42,946 bases of DNA, from positions 1 to 42,946 of the IMG/VR virus record IMGVR_UViG_3300046786_000701. The stretch is one strand, 5' to 3'. The notes under the pieces were generated by a model that saw only the letters and a program-made list of their open reading frames with translations, did no database searches and was not told the origin of the DNA. The position numbers and the translations under genes were made by a program. The stretch is from a virus (Duplodnaviria; Caudoviricetes). This document shows, one piece after another, positions 26,701 to 42,946 of this stretch (its first letter is position 1; the number at the start of each line of letters is the position of its first letter).

Positions 26701-28588
26701 CTGGGGCTGCTGTAGTTCCTAGAATAGTTACAGTAAATGCCGATGAGCTACTTGTTGTATGTGTAATAGCAGAAGTAGTCGTAGGAATATAACCACCCGC
26801 AATTAATCCTGGTTCTAATTGAGCACCCCATATATAAAGACCTGAATAACCGTCTCCGGTATAAGATAACCCATTATTTAAAAATATAGATATTATTCCT
26901 GATGTACTGCTAGAATCGATAATACCAGTAACAGTAACCCGATACCACCCATTACTAATCGATGTCATTGTAATATTATTAATAGAACCAGTTCCAAATG
27001 ATGTTGAGGTTACCGAACCAGATGTCGTATTAAATTGGGCTCTAAATCCAGAAGTATACCCAGAATTATTTACTTGAACCCATCCAGTAGTCCGTTCACC
27101 TGCTTTTATATAACAAGACCCAGTTATGGTTGAATTAGCAGTAATAGTACCAGAATGAGCAATATTATGTTGTGATGTTGCAGTATTCTCAACCAGTTTT
27201 TCGGCAGTTGCCAATCCATTTGGAGCTATTACTTTTATTGGTAATGATACATTTGTCGTTGCCGTATAGGTTTCTGCAGTTGTACCTATGTTGACTTGAG
27301 CACCCCATATATAGTATGATTCTTCACTGCCGATTGCAACTGTATATGATTCCGCTCTTACTGCAGTACCACTTGAAATGAACGCTATCTGCCATCCACT
27401 AGCAACTTCTGCAGTTGCTAGTGCAGTAATTGATAAACGATACCATCCATTACCAACACTTGTAATAATCGGTGTTTGTGTTAATCCAGCACCTTGAAAC
27501 GTTGTTGTTCCATTTTGCATATCAAAATTGGCATATGATGTAGAACCAAACCCACCCGACCAAAAAACCATTTGAACATATCGATCAGGTGCTGTTTCAG
27601 TCTGTTTTAAATAGCAAGACATTGTATATGGCTGGCCAATAACAGGTGTATATGAACCTACATTATCATGTATATGATGTGAACCAGTTCCAGCAGTTTC
27701 AGTCCATTTTGTAGCAGTAGTAGTACCATCGGGTGCAGTTGTAAAGTTATCAACAACAGATACCAATCCACCGGCTTTATCCCAGTATGCATTTGCAAAT
27801 TGCTGTGAGTATAAAGTTAAATTATAACACATACTCGAATTCGATTTTGTCCACGCTGCGTTATCGAATTGCTCCGAGTAAGTTAATAAATTATTCTCAG
27901 TATTAACTGCAGTACCAGCTGTCGGAATATACCCGGAAGGTTCAAAACCTTTTTCAAATTGAGCCCCCCAAAAGTACAATCCTGCGGTTGTTTCACCTGT
28001 ATAAATTGATGCGTTGTCAGCTGCTCTAACAATTTGTGCTCTAGCAACAATGTTTGTAGTAGTAGCAGCAACAAATGTAACCCAACATCTAACCCACCCG
28101 TTCCCCAATAGTTTAGCACCAGATGATATATGATTAACACCGTTTCCAGTTCCAGCTCCAGTTGTTAAATCAATATTAATATTTGCATTTGCAGCAGTAG
28201 CAACTCGAACATATGCTTTTCTAGCTGTACCAGTATATGCTTTTGCGTAAAACGACCATGTATAAACAGTACCAGCAGTAACCGCAATGCTTCTATCCAA
28301 AGCATAATGTTCGCCAGCGGTAATATTTTCAGTAATTAATGAAGCTGTTGTAGTACCATCAGGAGCAACACCAGAATTCAATGTTGCAGTTGTGCCAGTA
28401 CCAGTATTGAATGTAGCACTATTTAAAGCATAGTTACTACCTGTAGAATTAGAATTGGCATCAAAAACAACATCATCAACAGATGTTGGGACAGAAGCAC
28501 CACCAGTGCCGCCACTAGTGTCTGACCAATTTGTAGTAGAAGTTGTATCCCATGTACTAGTACCACCAACCCAATATCTTGTTGCCAT
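23738..28588 (-). CDS. Large T/S/G/N-rich adhesin or tail-fibre-like protein (beta-helix plus three carbohydrate-binding-like domains)
   Basis: 1616 aa; three AP[DN]GxxTA...GWxR...WGAQ domains; repeated LTxGTLNLNNxTL / S.NxNTRSIxFGTG units; SD GGAG. Confidence 0.7.
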   Translation of the reverse strand: MATRYWVGGTSTWDTTSTTNWSDTSGGTGGASVPTSVDDVVFDANSNSTGSNYALNSATFNTGTGTTATLNSGVAPDGTTTASLITENITAGEHYALDRSIAVTAGTVYTWSFYAKAYTGTARKAYVRVATAANANINIDLTTGAGTGNGVNHISSGAKLLGNGWVRCWVTFVAATTTNIVARAQIVRAADNASIYTGETTAGLYFWGAQFEKGFEPSGYIPTAGTAVNTENNLLTYSEQFDNAAWTKSNSSMCYNLTLYSQQFANAYWDKAGGLVSVVDNFTTAPDGTTTATKWTETAGTGSHHIHDNVGSYTPVIGQPYTMSCYLKQTETAPDRYVQMVFWSGGFGSTSYANFDMQNGTTTFQGAGLTQTPIITSVGNGWYRLSITALATAEVASGWQIAFISSGTAVRAESYTVAIGSEESYYIWGAQVNIGTTAETYTATTNVSLPIKVIAPNGLATAEKLVENTATSQHNIAHSGTITANSTITGSCYIKAGERTTGWVQVNNSGYTSGFRAQFNTTSGSVTSTSFGTGSINNITMTSISNGWYRVTVTGIIDSSSTSGIISIFLNNGLSYTGDGYSGLYIWGAQLEPGLIAGGYIPTTTSAITHTTSSSSAFTVTILGTTAAPVTCRDFTAGSLDGVASILLQANNEIDVYGSLTLPATNLTWTGSGSSILKFKATTTGKTIITNGVTLAVTVVTYDGVGGEWTLGSALTTSSNTMTLTNGSLITNNFNLTCVAFNSNNSNIRSLNLGSSTVTVSIGTTPWTFTTTTNLTFNAGSSSIIVSGASPTFNGGGLTYNNVSYNNTTAGQAYIINGVNTYNNLTFISAGATSRTSIQFGANQQINGTLTFGSSNTAIRRFRIRSTSTNNAINMTVATIATLSDVDFQDVNVLGTSAPWSGTRLGDGGNTTNITFEPAKTVYWNYPAGGSWQTSAWALSPTGAVSSDNFPLMQDTAVITDIGLSTGNTISTGTNWQMGTVDMSARTLPMTFGIGGTGITIYGDFKLNSNVTTTASTGIIYFGKYNGTHNISLNGASIASEVQFVGGNANYNLLTDFITTSTIGTTLTAGIINLNNHTFNTYIFSSSNTNTRSIAFGTGKFVCPFVASTAATTVVWDTSTSTNLTYTGTSLLELTGNSTQGVRQIKLAALTTAGLGLNVTTGSDVIAIATTGGVLNDVDFTGYSGSLSLGNSIAVTGNFKLSPNIAVSAGTFTLSFNATSGTKTITTFGKTLDFPVTIGGAGGTAIFNLIDSLTIGSSRTTSFTAGTLNLNNNTLTVGFFTSINSNTRSIGFGTGSINVTGNAGTVWSTTTGTNLTITGSRTVNFTYAGSTGSRTISGVNSGTATENNVVDFNIIAGSDVLIFGGYRCRSLNFTGFSGSLNNTSIQLFGSLTLSTTMTPPSSNSVLQIGGTVLDSNITTNGVLLDCPVLFNGTTTVKLIDALTIGSSRTLTMNSGTLDTNNKSLTVGSLLNTGASPRSILIGNNTLTLTGSGTVFDPGIGTNLTLTGNYTISLTSAIAKIFNGGGLTYNKLNQGGSGSVTITGDNTFNSITNTIQPTTVTFTSGSTNSFNDFKLSGTNGNLVTINSSTAGTAATLRYIGSNIVICSYLNIQDSIAI

Positions 28589-28606
28589 TCATTACTCCAA
28601 TTTAAC

Positions 28607-28798
28607 TTATTCGTCTGGAATTGCAGTAATAATTGCATACCAGTTATCGAATCTTTTTTGTTTTAATTCAGAAATTTCTGCATTACTTAATGTATCATAA
28701 TCTTCTTGTAGCATGACTAATGCATCTGAAAATGTATATCCGTTCTGCTCAATCTCAAAGCTATCACTTATAAATCCATTATCTAATTCAGTAATCAT
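28607..28798 (-). CDS. Small acidic hypothetical protein
   Basis: ATG 28798 with SD GAGG. Confidence 0.65.
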   Translation of the reverse strand: MITELDNGFISDSFEIEQNGYTFSDALVMLQEDYDTLSNAEISELKQKRFDNWYAIITAIPDE

Positions 28799-28805
28799 AT
28801 ATACC

Positions 28806-29264
28806 TCAAGCAATACGGATTAATCCAGTGACATTATCATTGGTAGGCATAGTTAAAGTAAAAGTGCCAGCTGTTATAGATTGTGAATTAAAAGTAAAAA
28901 TACCTACTGCATTTTTTCCAGAAACAGTGTTATTATAAATCAATAAAGTATCAAAATTAGATGCAGTAAATGATGTAAATATAAGATTAGATGATGGGGT
29001 CCAATAAGCAGAACCAGCAGTAGTATTAGGGGCCGTAGAATTTGATATTGCTATCCCACCTGCCACATATGAACCAGATGCACTAATCTCACCTTGTGAT
29101 GTATAAGCAGTTGTCGTAGTTGGCGACAAATTAGCAGTTGTAGAATATAATGCACCGTAAAAAGAATCGGCTGCAACCTTTCCACCAGTTGCTATTGAAA
29201 ATGCGTGAACGCCATTTAATAAATCTTTTTTAAATGATTGGCATAAGCCAGGTGAATTTGACAT
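28806..29264 (-). CDS. Putative small virion structural protein
   Basis: 152 aa, beta-rich, CQSFKKDLLNGVHAF N-terminus; SD AAGGA. Confidence 0.6.
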   Translation of the reverse strand: MSNSPGLCQSFKKDLLNGVHAFSIATGGKVAADSFYGALYSTTANLSPTTTTAYTSQGEISASGSYVAGGIAISNSTAPNTTAGSAYWTPSSNLIFTSFTASNFDTLLIYNNTVSGKNAVGIFTFNSQSITAGTFTLTMPTNDNVTGLIRIA

Positions 29265-29279
29265 GAGTTTTCCTTAAAT

Positions 29280-29510
29280 TTAAAATGTACCGGTATCAGA
29301 TGAAAGCTGACCTAGTGGATTTGCTCCATATGCATGAGAATTTGACTTAACTAGTTCATCTTCAAGATACCATGCTTCGTTAAACATAATATATTCACTA
29401 GTAACAGTCCATTTGGTCTCATATTTTAGTGAATCTACTGGAATATTTCCTTTAGATGTATAAATTAATGGTATTTCTAGGTTTGTAGTTGGTTCTTGGT
29501 TTTCAATCAT
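29280..29510 (-). CDS. Hypothetical protein
   Basis: 76 aa, SD GGAG, GATAAATA box at 29538-29531. Confidence 0.68.
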   Translation of the reverse strand: MIENQEPTTNLEIPLIYTSKGNIPVDSLKYETKWTVTSEYIMFNEAWYLEDELVKSNSHAYGANPLGQLSSDTGTF

Positions 29511-29574
29511 ATTATCTCCAGTATTTTTATTATTTATCTTTTACCATTATAAGATAGTTTAGCTGTATATGATT

Positions 29575-30123
29575 CTAGATCGAACCAAAATCGATATTAG
29601 TTATTTTTGGTATTAAAAAAGACCCCATATCAACATCAGTTCCTCTAGGATATGATGGTGAATAACCAACTGGTATTTCAAACGTGCCCAAATCGATAAT
29701 TGATTGATTGGAAGTTAGTAAAAGTTCAACCATTGAGTTTAATAATGGTATATCAATACCCCAAATTGTAGATTCAATCCCACCACCATTGATTGCTTTA
29801 ATAGTATGCCCATTTAAGCCAAGATCCCCGCCTAACATTGGTGTAGTATCAGTTACTACACTGGTAACTGCGTGTAAATTTACAGTATTTGTTGATTGAG
29901 TTATTGTTACACTATTATCAGTGCTAGTTAATGATTTAAATTCAAGATTAACATCATTTTTCCTAGCATATAATCCAATACCAGTGCCCATATTAGTGGC
30001 ACCGGTCACTTCTGATCTAAGTATATCGAAATTAGCATTTACTTTTTGAAATGCGGTACGGAGATCATCTCCAGTACCATCATTTGCATAATTACCTAAA
30101 TTAATTGTTTGTAATGTTGTCAT
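29575..30123 (-). CDS. Baseplate/tail protein with T4 gp9/gp10-like N-terminal motif
   Basis: QTINLGNYANDGTGDDLRTAFQKVNANF; late box at 30149-30142. Confidence 0.7.
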   Translation of the reverse strand: MTTLQTINLGNYANDGTGDDLRTAFQKVNANFDILRSEVTGATNMGTGIGLYARKNDVNLEFKSLTSTDNSVTITQSTNTVNLHAVTSVVTDTTPMLGGDLGLNGHTIKAINGGGIESTIWGIDIPLLNSMVELLLTSNQSIIDLGTFEIPVGYSPSYPRGTDVDMGSFLIPKITNIDFGSI

Positions 30124-30167
30124 TTGTTGCTCTCTTTTACATATTTATCGTTATATTTGATAATGAT

Positions 30168-40943
<10,776 letters not shown>

Positions 40944-40947
40944 GTAT

Positions 40948-41235
40948 ATGATTATTAAAACTGATTATATTTTATCCGAGTATCAACGTGTTAGTAAATT
41001 AGGAAATACTCATACATATTCAAGGAAGAAGTCAATAATTACATTCCGGTGTGATTGCTGCGGTGAGTTATTTCAAAGAGAACGTGGAAGTATGGATCCT
41101 AATAGATTGAACAACAATTTTTATCACGTATGTAACATGTGTGATGTAAAACGGTTTGCTCAACAGAAAGGTGTTGAAAATAACCATATATGGGATATGC
41201 CAGTTTCTTCACTCAAGACAATAGACCAATTATAA
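40948..41235 (+). CDS. Small zinc-ribbon-like protein
   Basis: CDCC...CNMC pairs; 95 aa. Confidence 0.68.
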   Translation: MIIKTDYILSEYQRVSKLGNTHTYSRKKSIITFRCDCCGELFQRERGSMDPNRLNNNFYHVCNMCDVKRFAQQKGVENNHIWDMPVSSLKTIDQL

Positions 41236-41238
41236 ATA
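41231..41238 (+). promoter_or_regulatory. Perfect T4 late promoter TATAAATA
   Basis: Exact T4 gp55 consensus 18 nt before ATG 41256 (SD AAGGAG). Confidence 0.75.
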
Positions 41239-41255
41239 AAGAACAAGGAGAATTT

Positions 41256-41633
41256 ATGTTTGAATTTATTAAAAAATTATTTCGATTAGGAAAAGTAGAA
41301 TCTGAAATTGCCGTAGTTGACGAACAAGCAAAAAAAGTTACTAGAAGAGTTAAGAAAATAGTAGATATCAATAACGATAACGTTATTAATTTAGAAGATG
41401 TAAAAGAAGTTAAAAAACGTGTTTCTAAAAAAGTAAAAGAAGTTGCTGATGTAAATAGAGACGGTAAAGTTGATATAGAAGATGTTAAAGAAGCAGTTAA
41501 AAAAGTTTCTACACGTATTAAACCAACACCGCCACAGTCAGTAATTAAACAAGAAATTGCTGAATCAGTTAAACCAAAACCAAAACCTACTAATAAAAAA
41601 CGTGGTAGAAAACCAAAAGCAAAAGCAAAATAA
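41256..41633 (+). CDS. Basic protein with two EF-hand/dockerin-like Ca-binding loops
   Basis: DINNDNVINLED and DVNRDGKVDIED; Lys/Arg-rich tail KKRGRKPK. Confidence 0.65.
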   Translation: MFEFIKKLFRLGKVESEIAVVDEQAKKVTRRVKKIVDINNDNVINLEDVKEVKKRVSKKVKEVADVNRDGKVDIEDVKEAVKKVSTRIKPTPPQSVIKQEIAESVKPKPKPTNKKRGRKPKAKAK

Positions 41634-41636
41634 CTT

Positions 41637-41660
41637 AAAGGGGCTTATAGCCCCTTTTTT
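41637..41660. terminator. Bidirectional intrinsic terminator
   Basis: AAAGGGGCT-TAT-AGCCCCTTTTTT between convergent genes. Confidence 0.85.
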
Positions 41661-41910
41661 ATATTGTGCCTTTTATTTTACCAAAAATAAATTCCTGCTT
41701 TGTAAGCCATCGTGTACCAATTACTAGATCTTCAAGATCGTAATCTGTACTTGTACCTTGATATGCATATGTAAGCCACATTATTTTTTTCGATAAATCA
41801 CATCTTGTTGGAATCCAAACAAATTTAAGCTTCCATTTAGCATTATTATAAAAAAACAAATCATTTACATTTATTGCTAATATGTTCGCTATTTCTTCTT
41901 CTATATTCAT
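41659..41910 (-). CDS. Hypothetical protein
   Basis: 83-aa ORF ending at the terminator; overlaps the uvsE 3' end by 50 nt. Confidence 0.6.
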   Translation of the reverse strand: MNIEEEIANILAINVNDLFFYNNAKWKLKFVWIPTRCDLSKKIMWLTYAYQGTSTDYDLEDLVIGTRWLTKQEFIFGKIKGTI

Positions 41911-42898
41911 ATAATTTGAAACTCGCTAAATTCTTGGCTTTTGATTCACACATTATATCAAATTTATCTGAGAATGTCAATGCCCAATCATTAACAGCAT
42001 CGTTCCAGTAGAAATTAGAATGAGCGCGAAGTTTTTGTTTAGAATGACCAGTTTCTAAAAGTAAGTTAAGATCTGGTTTAGTGCTGGCGCAATGATTGGC
42101 CAAAACATCTTCCCTACTAATAGAATAATGTAAAGTAGGGCGAACACCTCGCCAACTTTGAATAACCTGCTCAACCCTTGGGTCATCGGGGGTGATATAT
42201 TCTCCAGTTTTAATAAAATGATGGTGAATATCCAAAACGACAGGAATCCTGTCAGAAATACTAAGACAAGCATCAAGTCCATGGGTCATTTCCTCGTTTT
42301 CAATTGTTATACAGTTCTTAGCAACCTCGCTAAGACGTTCATATGCTTCTAAGAAGCCGTTTGGTCCACGTTTGCCAGCAATATGGACATTGATCTTCAT
42401 ATCTTGGAAGGTTTTGCCATATCCCATCCAACGTGTCATATCAGCGTGGTATTCAAATTCTGCAATACTATTTTCTACCACATCTGGTCGATCGCTTGCT
42501 AAACAACAAAATTGTCCAGGATGAAAAGATAATCGCACATCGTGGTGTCTTGCTAAATCACCAATTGCCGCAAATTTTTGCTGTAATAGTTGTTGAATAG
42601 ATTCTGATTGATAAAAATATGTCCAGTCCGTATGAGTATAGACTGGTAAAATATCAGACGTTAATCTGAAAAGTCTCAATGATGGATTTTGTTTAGAAAC
42701 ATATTCTACTGCTTTACAAGTTGCTTCTAAATTATGCCGTAATAATAACATCAATTTAGTTTCAGCAGTTTTTTTAGTTTGTTTATTCAACCATGCAATA
42801 GTTGTTGTTTTTGTATTATATTTTGGGATAGAAACAATTTCATTTTTATCATTAACAGCAGAAATTTTACAGGCAAATCCAATCTTATTAAAATTCAT
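41861..42898 (-). CDS. uvsE: UV DNA damage endonuclease (UvsE/UVDE)
   Basis: GFAC, FRLTSDILP, RLSFHPGQF, INVH, IENEE, LDIHHH, HYS, RAHS and DIMCESKAK motifs. Confidence 0.9.
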   Translation of the reverse strand: MNFNKIGFACKISAVNDKNEIVSIPKYNTKTTTIAWLNKQTKKTAETKLMLLLRHNLEATCKAVEYVSKQNPSLRLFRLTSDILPVYTHTDWTYFYQSESIQQLLQQKFAAIGDLARHHDVRLSFHPGQFCCLASDRPDVVENSIAEFEYHADMTRWMGYGKTFQDMKINVHIAGKRGPNGFLEAYERLSEVAKNCITIENEEMTHGLDACLSISDRIPVVLDIHHHFIKTGEYITPDDPRVEQVIQSWRGVRPTLHYSISREDVLANHCASTKPDLNLLLETGHSKQKLRAHSNFYWNDAVNDWALTFSDKFDIMCESKAKNLASFKLYEYRRRNSEHISNKCK

Positions 42899-42904
42899 AA
42901 TTTT

Positions 42905-42946
42905 TATAAATAGGTAATAACTCAGTTAAAAGGAAAATAATTATGT
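42905..42946 (+). promoter_or_regulatory. Late promoter TATAAATA, SD and start codon of a gene beginning at the window edge
   Basis: TATAAATA 42905-42912, AAGGA, ATG at 42943. Confidence 0.6.

Overview
AT-rich segment of a large lytic dsDNA tailed phage (jumbo, T4-like myovirus style). The host is probably Gram-negative, because a two-component spanin and consensus sigma70 promoters are present. Most genes lie on the minus strand. From the right end the window holds a UvsE UV endonuclease, a ~3565-aa tail/baseplate protein, an apparently inserted adhesin cassette, an Ig-repeat baseplate-type protein, a DnaE-like fragment, GroES, a clamp loader and PhoH. These are followed by a lysis cassette (GH19 endolysin, HNH, spanins, holin), DnaJ-ClpA and a late operon. 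That operon encodes three different nucleotidyl-transfer enzymes and several modular, Glu-punctuated proteins that look like capsid-packaged polyproteins. The left end has a DsbA-like protein and a family-B DNA polymerase gene that breaks off after ExoI, in front of an HNH endonuclease. Three perfect TTGACA-17-TATAAT promoters and many TAAATA late-promoter boxes are visible, several of them inside inverted repeats. The best leads are the fractured polB with an intein-like tail, the three-enzyme nucleotidyltransferase module within the putative packaged-protein operon, the promoter-in-hairpin switches, phycobiliprotein-like CxRD repeats in the giant protein, and a frameshift-like junction between two structural genes. 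All family assignments come from motif recognition by eye; no searches were run.
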